64,000 nucleotides of DNA. Origin: Spirochaetales bacterium. Lineage in GTDB: Bacteria > Spirochaetota > Spirochaetia > Sphaerochaetales > Sphaerochaetaceae. Within the stretch, counting starts at the first letter, position 1; the number at the start of each line of letters is the position of its first letter. Below are positions 1 through 9,500 of the stretch, in pieces. The notes beneath the pieces were generated by a model. The model worked only from the letters and a program-made list of their open reading frames with translations, was not told the origin of the DNA and did no database searches. The DNA lies in the NCBI GenBank assembly GCA_012514185.1, contig JAAZAT010000303.1:96-64095 (forward strand). Direction: 5' to 3'. Position numbers and translations under genes: made by a program.

Positions 1-78
1 TTGGTCAACGGAGCTCCCCGCACCATTAAGATTTGCACTCGTTGCTTGAGGAGCGGAAAGGTCGAGAAGCTCGTATAA
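1..78 (+). CDS. rpmB: 50S ribosomal protein L28, 3' end (truncated by window start)
   Basis: Manual translation from base 1: LVNGAPRTIKICTRCLRSGKVEKLV*, matching the L28 C-terminus with CxxC. Not in the ORF track. Confidence 0.9.
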   Translation: MVNGAPRTIKICTRCLRSGKVEKLV

Positions 79-106
79 CAGTAAGTGTTACACCGTCTCG
101 ATCGAC

Positions 107-133
107 AGAGAGCCCACTTTTGGGCTCTTTTTG
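107..133 (+). terminator. Intrinsic terminator after rpmB
   Basis: AGAGCCCA-CTTT-TGGGCTCT hairpin followed by a T run. Confidence 0.8.
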
Positions 134-195
134 TATATTCAGACAACACATTTGTTCAGTGAGTTGTTCATTATCTTGAAATGGGGGTCGTTGCA

Positions 196-2592
196 ATGGG
201 CAGTATTCGGGTACATGCAGTAGAGAGTTCCAATCTGGTATCGAAAGAGGGCTGTGAGAAGCTCGTCCGGATCTTCCGACATGCCAAGGAAACGCATCAA
301 GTTTTCGTACTGGCGCCCCTTCGTGATACTGAGTTCGAACTTGCAAGCCTCCTGGCCTGCGCAAAGGATCACGATGAACGACTGTGGTCGATGCAGGAGC
401 AACGCTTCTCCAGTTGGACGGAGCTGGTGGAAATCATCCTGACGGTGCCCGCCGGAAGAAATGTGCTGGAACGCATCAAGCATGGCTTCGCCGACATTGA
501 GGACATCCTGCGCTCCGTTTGGTTGGTGGAAGAGGTGTCATCAGGTGTGCAACAATACCTTGAGAAACTCTGTGACAGCTGGATAGCAGACCTTCTTTGT
601 CATTATGCAACCACCCAAGGCATTGCCGCCGACTTGGTTGAATATTCTGCGCTTGACGTGGAATCTGCACCATCGAAGCGGCTGCTTGTTGTATACGGCC
701 AGCTCCCCCAGCCTGAAGGCAGCATGGTGCACGATGGCAGAAGCGAATACGCAGCATCGCTTCTTGCCGGACTTCTCAAAGCAAAAGGGGTGACGTTCTG
801 GAACAACACCTCGTTGTTGAAGAATGCAGACAGTAACGAAGTTCCTTCGGCCTTGGTGATTCGCTGCCTGTCCTACTCGGAAGCGACTGAACTCTCCTTT
901 TTTGGTGCGCCCGTCATTCATCCGCAGGCTCTGCTGCCTGCCATCAATGAGTCCATCAGTGTGCAACTTCGTTGGTGGGGTGATGAAAACGATGAGGGAA
1001 CCATCATCAGCAAGGATGGGAACGGAGAACAACCCAATAAGGTGAAAGGGTTTTCAATCATTCACGACATCGCCCTGATAAACGTGGAGGGGGCGGGCAT
1101 GAGCGGAGTCATCGGCATCGCAAGCCGATTGTTCACCGCCATGCGTGAAGCATCCATATCCGTCATCCTCATCAGCCAGGCAAGCAGTGAGTACTCCATC
1201 TGTTTTGCAGTACCTGCAGGCCAGATGGAAAAAGCCTGTACGGTTGCAAGAGAAGCCTTCTCCCACGAGCTGAACGAACATCTGATCCAAAGCATTGAAG
1301 GCGAGTCGGGCCTGGCCATCCTTGCCGCCGTCGGCAAGCAGATGACCGGCCAGGCAGGAATAGCCGGCAAGTTTTTCTCTTCGCTCGGAAGGGCATCTGT
1401 CAATGTGATAGCAATCGCCCAGGGGTCGAGTGAAACCAATATCAGTGCAGTGATCAAGGGAAGCGACTCCAAGAAAGCCCTCAGGGCTTTGCATGCCCGT
1501 TTCTTCCTCTCCAAACAGGCTCTCTCCGTCGGCTTGATCGGACCCGGCAACATTGGAAGCACCTTGCTGGAACAGATCGAATCTGAAAGCCAGCGGCTCA
1601 AGGAGCAATTTGGAGTCGACATCCACATCCGCGGGATTGCCAACTCCAAGAAGATGGTGCTCGACCAGGATGGAATCGATCCCGGCGGGTGGAAAGTACG
1701 CTTTGACCAAGAAGCCGTGCCTCTGGATCTGGATCTCTTTGTCCGCCACATCGGTGCAACGTATTTCCCCCACTCCTTGATCATCGACTGCACAACCAGC
1801 AGCCAGCTTGCCCGGCAGTACGACAATTGGCTTGAGATGGGGATTCATGTCATCACCCCCAACAAGAAAGCCGGCACCGCTCCCATGGCATACTACAACA
1901 AGCTCTTCGACACCTGCCTCAGGACAGGACGCCGCTTCCTGTATGAAACCACCGTCGGTGCAGGGCTTCCGGTCATCTGCACTCTCAAGGACCTTGTCCA
2001 GACAGGAGATAGAATCCACCGCATCGAAGGAATCGTCAGCGGTACCTTGGCTTGGTTGTTCTCAACCTACGACGGGTCGGTCCCCTTCAGCACGCTGGTT
2101 CGGAAAGCCAAGGACATGGGGTACACCGAACCCGATCCCCGTGACGATCTCTCGGGCATGGATGTCGGGCGGAAGACGGTCATTCTTGCACGTGAGATGG
2201 GCTACGAGGTTGAGGTTCAGGATATCCCGATCCAAAGCCTTGTTCCCGCTGGTATGGCTTCACTCTCCATCGAGGCTTTCATGCAGAACCTGGAAGTGCT
2301 GGATTCCCCTATCGAACAGGCCTACCGCGATGCCGAGAGAAAGGGCGAGAAGCTGCGCTACGTGGGAGTAGTCGATGAGAAGGGGGCCTGCAGCGCATCG
2401 CTGGCCAGCTTCAAAGCTGATCATCCCTTCGCCCAGACCAGCGGAACGGATAACGTGATTTGCTTCACGACCGACCGGTATTTGAACCAGCCTTTGGTGA
2501 TCAAGGGACCGGGAGCCGGTAGGGAAGTGACTGCCGGCGGAGTATTTGCCGATTTGCTTCGTCTTGCAGCGTATCTCGGAGCAAGGATATAG
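196..2592 (+). CDS. thrA: ThrA-type fusion: degenerate aspartokinase domain, two ACT domains, homoserine dehydrogenase
   Basis: ACT motifs (ISQASSEYSI, IAQGSSE); dehydrogenase motifs GPGNIG, NKK, YETTVGAGLP, EPDPRDDLSG, GPGAG. Start 181 or 196. Confidence 0.92.
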   Translation: MGSIRVHAVESSNLVSKEGCEKLVRIFRHAKETHQVFVLAPLRDTEFELASLLACAKDHDERLWSMQEQRFSSWTELVEIILTVPAGRNVLERIKHGFADIEDILRSVWLVEEVSSGVQQYLEKLCDSWIADLLCHYATTQGIAADLVEYSALDVESAPSKRLLVVYGQLPQPEGSMVHDGRSEYAASLLAGLLKAKGVTFWNNTSLLKNADSNEVPSALVIRCLSYSEATELSFFGAPVIHPQALLPAINESISVQLRWWGDENDEGTIISKDGNGEQPNKVKGFSIIHDIALINVEGAGMSGVIGIASRLFTAMREASISVILISQASSEYSICFAVPAGQMEKACTVAREAFSHELNEHLIQSIEGESGLAILAAVGKQMTGQAGIAGKFFSSLGRASVNVIAIAQGSSETNISAVIKGSDSKKALRALHARFFLSKQALSVGLIGPGNIGSTLLEQIESESQRLKEQFGVDIHIRGIANSKKMVLDQDGIDPGGWKVRFDQEAVPLDLDLFVRHIGATYFPHSLIIDCTTSSQLARQYDNWLEMGIHVITPNKKAGTAPMAYYNKLFDTCLRTGRRFLYETTVGAGLPVICTLKDLVQTGDRIHRIEGIVSGTLAWLFSTYDGSVPFSTLVRKAKDMGYTEPDPRDDLSGMDVGRKTVILAREMGYEVEVQDIPIQSLVPAGMASLSIEAFMQNLEVLDSPIEQAYRDAERKGEKLRYVGVVDEKGACSASLASFKADHPFAQTSGTDNVICFTTDRYLNQPLVIKGPGAGREVTAGGVFADLLRLAAYLGARI

Positions 2593-2603
2593 GAGGTAGG
2601 AAC

Positions 2604-3872
2604 ATGAAATTTGCATCAACCCGCGGCAAAGCGCCGCTAGTCAGCGCCAGCCAGGCGATCATGCAGGGGCTCGCTCCTGATGGAGGGCTTTATGTCCCAA
2701 AGTCGTTTCCCTCCTTGGGAAATCTCCCGATCCACGAGATTTCCAGCTATCCCGAACTTGCTTTCGAGGTGCTTGCTCCCTTTTTCGAGGATGATCCGCT
2801 GAAGGAAGACCTTGCAGAAATCTGCATGGATGCTTTCAACTTTCCAGTCCCTTTGGTCACCCTTAAGGATCAGGATGCAGTGCTTGAGCTTTTTCACGGG
2901 CCTACTGCCGCGTTCAAGGACTTCGGTGCAAGATTTCTTGCAGCATGCATGGAACGCATGCTTGCCAAAGAACAGCGCAAACTTACCATTTTGGTTGCAA
3001 CCAGCGGTGATACCGGCGGAGCAGTTGCCGCAGCATTCGCCAACCGCAAAGGCATCGAGGTAAAAGTATTGTACCCCAAGGGGAGAGTGAGCGCCCGCCA
3101 ACAGCAGCAGCTCACCTGCTGGGGGGCCAACATTCAAGCCTATGAAGTGGATGGATCCTTTGATGATTGCCAGAAAATGGTCAAGGATGCTTTCATGGAC
3201 TCGGAAGTCTCTCGTCAATGGGGACTGTCCAGTGCAAACTCCATCAACCTGGGACGGCTGCTGCCCCAAAGCGTGTACTACGTCTATGCTTCCCATCTCT
3301 ACACCCAAGCCTTCGGCAAGAAACCGATCTTCATTATTCCCAGCGGGAATGTAGGCAACAGCTGCGCCGCTTTCTGGGCACTTACGATGGGCTCCCCGAT
3401 TGAGAGGATAGTGCTTTCGGTGAATGAGAATAAGACAATCCCCGAGTTTCTCACAAGCGGAACCTACAAAACCCGGCCCTCGGTGCAAACCCTTGCGAAC
3501 GCAATGGACGTGGGAGCACCCAGCAACATGGAACGGCTCTTCAACCTCTATCCCGATGTGGATACCCTGAAAAGCATGCTCACTTCTTACTCTGTGGATG
3601 ATCGTACTATCGAAACTACGATCAAGGAAGTCTATGGAGAGCTTGGCTACATTCTCTGCCCCCATACCGCCACCGCAGAGCGGGTCAGACGCGATCACTT
3701 TGCCGGCCAGCCGACGATCGTGGTATCGACGGCCCATCCTGCCAAGTTCGAACAGGTGGTCGAACCCTTGATCAAAGCGACGGTGGAAGTTCCCCAAAAC
3801 CTTGCAGTGTTGCTCGGCAAGCCATCGAGCTTCAAGGCTATAGGGACTGATTACAAGGATTTATTCAGTTGA
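2604..3872 (+). CDS. thrC: Threonine synthase
   Basis: GLAPDGGLY, ELFHGPTAAFKDFG (PLP Lys), ATSGDTG, SANSIN, PSGN, TAHPAKF; AGGAGG RBS. Confidence 0.96.
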   Translation: MKFASTRGKAPLVSASQAIMQGLAPDGGLYVPKSFPSLGNLPIHEISSYPELAFEVLAPFFEDDPLKEDLAEICMDAFNFPVPLVTLKDQDAVLELFHGPTAAFKDFGARFLAACMERMLAKEQRKLTILVATSGDTGGAVAAAFANRKGIEVKVLYPKGRVSARQQQQLTCWGANIQAYEVDGSFDDCQKMVKDAFMDSEVSRQWGLSSANSINLGRLLPQSVYYVYASHLYTQAFGKKPIFIIPSGNVGNSCAAFWALTMGSPIERIVLSVNENKTIPEFLTSGTYKTRPSVQTLANAMDVGAPSNMERLFNLYPDVDTLKSMLTSYSVDDRTIETTIKEVYGELGYILCPHTATAERVRRDHFAGQPTIVVSTAHPAKFEQVVEPLIKATVEVPQNLAVLLGKPSSFKAIGTDYKDLFS

Positions 3873-3877
3873 TAAAG

Positions 3878-3901
3878 ACAGGGCAGCGAACGCTGCCCTG
3901 T
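3878..3901. terminator. Hairpin between convergent thrC and the barrel-like gene (possible bidirectional terminator)
   Basis: ACAGGGCAGCG-AA-CGCTGCCCTGT perfect inverted repeat. Confidence 0.75.
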
Positions 3902-3923
3902 ATGCAAAGTACAGTACTCAAAC

Positions 3924-6494
3924 CTACTTGCTGAACACCCCCTTGACCGTCAGGGTGGTGGCAAGTGCGTCATCTGCGTTGTCGATAAGCGAATCATAGA
4001 AACTGACATCGAGGTTTGCCGATGCCGTAATGAGGCCAAGCCGCTTCTCTAGAGCAAACGAACCCGTGATCTTATACGCCTCAAGTGAAGACCTGAATGC
4101 CTGGTCGAATGAAGCTGTAAAGCTTATTGTGTCGAAGAACGTCTCTTTCATACCGAACTTGGCATCATATCCGAAGGAGGTGAGTGCATTGGATTCCGTA
4201 CTCCATGCATGGTCGAACCCCAGGGAGAGCGAGTATCGACTGAAGTTGACACCCCCTGAGAGTGCATAGCTGAGTTCCCAGAAAGAGGACCCGCTCGCTG
4301 TTCCATCAACGGTGTGTTCGGTGACAAAAGAGTCCTTGGTTTTCGCCCCGAAATTCGTGGTAACAGACCCTATCTTGTACCTTGCGCTGCGCCATCGCAG
4401 CTCCCCTGTATGGGAGATGGTGGTATCGTTGTCGGTCGAGGTTTTGATGGCCGTCTCGGTCGCAGAATCGGCTGCATCCTTTGCCAGGGCTTCGGCATTG
4501 GTAGTCTCATAGGCAAAGGTGTAATCGAAACCCAAGGTTCCCAAAAGCTTGTGCTGCGGAGTATCGACACCGGCTTGTACGGTATGCACGATAGGTGAGA
4601 TGTCATTGGCAGTAGGCGTAGAAGTCGGAGCAAGATCGGGCTTGACCAAGGCGATGATGTCGTTGAACAGGATGTCGGCGATGTTGCCCTGCTTGAAGGT
4701 GTACCCACCCCTGAAGGCAAAATCCTTATACCGCTGCTCCACAGTCGATCCAAAGGTGAACTCATCGGTGGCCAACGAGGACCCAAGGCTCTTGTAGGTT
4801 GCATCGGTCTTTCGGACCCATGCAAGTAACCCAAGGTTCGGTACCTTTACGTCAACACCGTAGCTGATGCCCCACAGGTCCTTGTCTACAATCCCGGAAA
4901 CCAATCCATTTGAAGGAAGGAAGTAATCCAGAATCGGGAACACGGCGTGGATCTTGTCCAGGTATCCTACATAGGTACCGAGGTCGGGGCCTCCTTGGTT
5001 TTCAAGGTCAGTAGCCAACTGGTTCACATCAACGATGGTGCCGGCATCCTCATTGTACAAGCTGAGCGAGAAGGATGCATCAACACTGAACAGCTTGTTT
5101 TCATGTCCCGTACTCAAACCAAACACCATGTTCTGATCCGGTGTTATCCCGCTCAAGTCATAGAGGGTGCCGATATCAGACGTTGCTCCACTCTGCTTCA
5201 GGTCTGTATACCGCCCTTGCAACGAGCTGATGAAGGAGAGGTTCGTCTGCAGGTACCAAGCCTTCTTTATCTTGATTGCAAACTGGAAGCCGAAGAAGTT
5301 CTGCGGCCAGGCAACCTGATACAGGCCAAGGTCGGTCAGGCCCTTGCCGACCTTCAACTCCAAGAAGCCCAAATCAAGGCCGACCGACGTTCCCCGGAAC
5401 CCCAGGTCCTTGATGGTTTCCTTCTGGAACGTCGTTTTCTGATCACCGAACTGATAGGTAAGGGCAGGGCCGAAGAATGACACCTTGACCAAAAACTGGT
5501 TGTCGTTCTCAAACTTCCTGGGAATTTCTCCGGTGTAGTCAAACTCGTTGGCGAAATTGATTGGATTGTAGAGATTGAGAATGTTTTGCAGGTCGGCTTG
5601 CAGGGTATTGGGATAGGCTTCGGCAATATCAAAAACTGAAACGGTATCCTTCAGGGTTCCGAGCAATTCCAAGCCAACCGGGCCGGCTTTGAGGTATGCA
5701 TCGCCGCCAAGTTCAAACGTAAGATTGAGCTGGTGGTCCTGGTCGCTCAAGACTGTCTGGATATCGGTCGAGTTTGCACTCTTGCCCATACCCAGAATGT
5801 ACTCCAGTTCCGCATGTGCCCGATAATCTGCCCGGGCAAGGAACATCTGAGCCTTCTCAGCCTTTACGGTAAAACGAATCTCTTCGGTGGCGGTATTCTT
5901 ATAGCGGTCGGTCATGGTAATGACTGCAATACTCTCTTCCTGGTCCATAGGCGTGACGATGAACGAGAGATATTGGTTGAATACTCCGCTGCGGGACGCC
6001 TCCTGTCCGTCGAGCGTGATGGAGAAACTGGTCAAGGCACTCTCATCGATGACCTCGAAGATTACCACCTGCTCCTTGCCCAGCACCAAATCAGTACTCT
6101 TGGGTGAAACAAGCTTGAGCTTCGGTGGCGTCTTGTCATGGATCAACCTTGCTTTTTGTTCGCCGATCTGCGGGGTTCTGAATACCGCCGAATCGGTATT
6201 CTGCATGACTGCAAAGTACACAAGCTCTTCGTCGGTGAGATAGGTGTACGGAATACTGGCAACCCAGGACCCTTTTTGTTCGGTGAATTCACTGTACAAG
6301 GGCTCTCGTACTCCTTTCTGGTAGAAGAAGAATCGAGCCTCTTTCACGGTGCCCTCACTCGGCGAGGGTTTCAAGGTCACCGTGAGATTTTGGTAGGCCG
6401 GCACCTCATTGGGTACGTTCACTTCCAATGCACTCAGCATGGAGGAAGTAATCAGCTGTGCAACAAGTATCAGTACGATATATTTGTGTTTCAT
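3924..6494 (-). CDS. Secreted 856-aa protein: two N-terminal Ig-like domains plus a probable large beta-barrel
   Basis: Signal peptide; DKTPP-linked Ig-like domains; C-terminal ~640 aa full of alternating hydrophobic/aromatic strands ending TLTVKGVFSK; GGAGG RBS, 11 bp after the giant gene. Confidence 0.7.
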   Translation of the reverse strand: MKHKYIVLILVAQLITSSMLSALEVNVPNEVPAYQNLTVTLKPSPSEGTVKEARFFFYQKGVREPLYSEFTEQKGSWVASIPYTYLTDEELVYFAVMQNTDSAVFRTPQIGEQKARLIHDKTPPKLKLVSPKSTDLVLGKEQVVIFEVIDESALTSFSITLDGQEASRSGVFNQYLSFIVTPMDQEESIAVITMTDRYKNTATEEIRFTVKAEKAQMFLARADYRAHAELEYILGMGKSANSTDIQTVLSDQDHQLNLTFELGGDAYLKAGPVGLELLGTLKDTVSVFDIAEAYPNTLQADLQNILNLYNPINFANEFDYTGEIPRKFENDNQFLVKVSFFGPALTYQFGDQKTTFQKETIKDLGFRGTSVGLDLGFLELKVGKGLTDLGLYQVAWPQNFFGFQFAIKIKKAWYLQTNLSFISSLQGRYTDLKQSGATSDIGTLYDLSGITPDQNMVFGLSTGHENKLFSVDASFSLSLYNEDAGTIVDVNQLATDLENQGGPDLGTYVGYLDKIHAVFPILDYFLPSNGLVSGIVDKDLWGISYGVDVKVPNLGLLAWVRKTDATYKSLGSSLATDEFTFGSTVEQRYKDFAFRGGYTFKQGNIADILFNDIIALVKPDLAPTSTPTANDISPIVHTVQAGVDTPQHKLLGTLGFDYTFAYETTNAEALAKDAADSATETAIKTSTDNDTTISHTGELRWRSARYKIGSVTTNFGAKTKDSFVTEHTVDGTASGSSFWELSYALSGGVNFSRYSLSLGFDHAWSTESNALTSFGYDAKFGMKETFFDTISFTASFDQAFRSSLEAYKITGSFALEKRLGLITASANLDVSFYDSLIDNADDALATTLTVKGVFSK

Positions 6495-6505
6495 GCTCTT
6501 CCTCC

Positions 6506-9500
6506 TTACATCCCGAATCCAGGTGCGCCAAAACCAAATCCACCACCACCAAAGAACGATTGCATGTAACCGCCCAGGCCCGGATCAGGCGGGGCTCCTC
6601 CCATGCCAGGACCAAAGGGATTAGGATAATTGGGCGGCATGAATGAATCGATCGGGGTCCCCATCTCAAAGTAGTTTTGCATTGGAGGAGGAGGGGGCGG
6701 GTTTGGATCGAAGCTTCCTGCACCCGAAAGAGATGGGGATGGAGGTCCGCCCGATGGTTGACTGATTATTACTACGGGCGTGCTTGCCACCTTGATCTGC
6801 ACAGGCTTCAGTACCGCAAGGGAGGAGCCATCGCTGTCGACTGCCTCGACGGTGACGACATGCGACCCTTCACTGAGGGTATTCAGATCCTTGAACGCGA
6901 GCGTACCGCCCTTGCCCAGTATTCCATCCAGATGTGAACGCCAGGTGATGGCGTTCTCTTCGATTGCCTGTCCATTCCGGCTGAATCCTTGGGCATGCAG
7001 GCTGGCATCGGCTCCCCGTTGGAGTACCATCGGCTCGGTTCCTTCAACCAAGGAGAGTTGCATCCGATCGAGAACCTGGAGGTGGATCGTGGTCTGGGCG
7101 ACCAGATTGCTGCCGGCATACGCTTCGGCAGTCAGCGATCGCTCTCCTGCCTTCAAATCAGCTTTGGAGAGATCAAGCGAGAAGCCGGATGCAATCGGCT
7201 CAACAGAGAGGTCGCTTCTCCACAACACCTGATCGACACCGGCCAAATCCACCAAGGTGACTGTCAGAATACCGGTATCCACTGTCTTATCGAACAAAGC
7301 AGGTGCATTTTCGATGAAGATTCCCTTGCGGTTTGCGAAGATGTTCAGGCTGGTAGCGGCTGTTCGCTTGAGGCCCAGCTCCTCTGCCTGCAGCACAACC
7401 TCGTATACGCCTTCCTTTTCAAACAAATCGGCTGGGAGTGTGGTTGCAGCTTTCCCCGCTCCTTGTTCAAATTGCCATGCAAGCTGATGAGCTTCCCCGT
7501 TGATCGAGAGGGTGAGAACTGGTTGTTTGAAGCCTGTCAATGCAGCCTGCATCGCCACAGCATCTCCTACTCTCAGTACGGAGTCAGAGAGAGGACTGAC
7601 GATTACCAATGTTGCTTCGGCGGTGAACGTGAGGGCGTAATCTTTTCTCAATACTTCTGTCTGGGCAGCGTCGCCTGGGATGCCGTCTGAAAGGATCATG
7701 GTGACCAAAGCCGGTTCTCGAAGCATCTGTTCCAGTTCCGGGAATACGAGATAGGTTTCCTTGCCGGTTTTCTCCAGCACCCGGTTGCCTTGCCTGATTC
7801 TCCACGTCACCTTGGGGTCCCTTCCTCCCGAAAATTCAGCCTTCAGAGCCAAAGGCTGAGAGGCTTCAGCTATCAGGTAGGAGGGCAGGCCGTTGTTCAC
7901 CGTGGCTTCTACAAATCTCAAGGGCTCGAAGAACGTGACTTCTACCTGCGCAGAGCCCATGCTTTGGCCGGCATCGGTTGCTTGTGCCCTGATGGTCTGT
8001 TTCCCGTTCTGCAGAGGAAGATAGATGAGAGGATTGCCTTCACCGATGACCTGGCCGTTGGCTGTCGTCCAGCGGACTTGACCGCTGAAAGGCTGGTCAT
8101 CCTCTACTGTTGCCGACAAAATCAGGCTCTGTCCTGTTTGGTATGCACCTCCTTGCTGTAACGTATTGATGGTCACTTTGGGTGGTGCGTTGACTACGAA
8201 GCTGACGGAAGCCTGTTTGATTGTTCCATCGGCTGCATAGGCGGCAACAAGGGTATAGGGTCCGCTTTGCTGGGGAGCACTGAGTGCTTTGATGTCAGCG
8301 ATGGGATTCCCGTTGAGAGTCCATATGACCGAATCAGCTTTTGCTGCCTGTGGAAGACCGAGCAGCGAGGGGCGCAATGCTGTTCCTGCATTTACCAAAC
8401 TGCCGTGCGGCCAGTTGATGCCGAGCTCAATCGGTTCATTCTGAACCTCGATGGTGATGCGCTTGCGTGCACGCTCCCTGCTGTTCGCATCTGTATGTAT
8501 CGCAGTAATTTCTACCTTTCCTGTCGTCTTGCTGGTGAAAACAGCCTGGCGTCCGCTGACACTTTCCTTGGCGAGGTTGGGATTGTCCAAGTATTGGACC
8601 TCCCAACGATAGCTTCCTCCTTCTTCAGATACTGCAGAGGCGATCAGCGGAATCTCCATGTTGCGGAAATAACTCTTTCCCTCAACCGGAGCGAGGATAT
8701 CCATCACAAGCGAAGTTTCCACGACGGTGAACAGAACACTCTGGCTGGTTCTCTCTCCCATCGAGTCGGTTGTCATTGCCATCAAGGTATGGCGCCCGAC
8801 ATCGCTGGATTGAAGCTGTCTGCTTGCATTCGCAGCAAGAGGAATTCCATCCAGGGTGTAACTGATGCTCTGGTTGGGTAGCTTGTCCTCGACATCGAAG
8901 GCAGAAGCCGACCACTTGAGAGCCTCTGTGGTGTACTGCAGCGGTGGAACCGACAAGGTAAGGCTGGGAGGCGTGTTCTTGTTCAGGGTGAGACTTACTC
9001 TTTTTTCACGACTTCTTCCAAAAGCGGTGGTCACCAACGTGAGTTGCACGTTGCCGGTCAATCCTCTTGGGTTGAATTGGGCTTGACTTCCCATCGCTAC
9101 GACAGTCTCTCCAAGCTTCCACTGAAATACCGCTCCCTGTTCACCGGTTGCCTTGAGCTCGATCGGCTTGGTATCCGAATAGGTGAGGCTCTGTCCGTTC
9201 GAGGGAGCAAGGATTGCAGGCTGGGCGATGTCGCGGACAGTGATCCGTAACTCCCCGCTGGTACGTTGCATGCCTTCATTGGAGTATCTGCTTTGGATGG
9301 TGTAGGTCCCGACTGTATCGGCCTTGAACTCGTAGGAGAGCCCGCTTGCATTGGTGGCTTGATTATTCACAAACCAACGAATGTGTTGGGCTGCATCGGA
9401 TACATTCACCGACGATCCTGCAGTTTTTTCCACTCCGACCAAGCACATGACTGGATTTCCCAGCACCACTTCCATCGAGCCTGTATTGCCCAACAGGTTC

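Noticed and set aside
79-195. Possible thr attenuator or T-box leader before thrA
   Set aside because: The hairpin is explained as the rpmB terminator; no Thr-rich leader peptide or T-box consensus seen.
1054-3797. Long antisense ORFs (321, 254 and 386 aa)
   Set aside because: Shadows of thrA and thrC with no family motifs.
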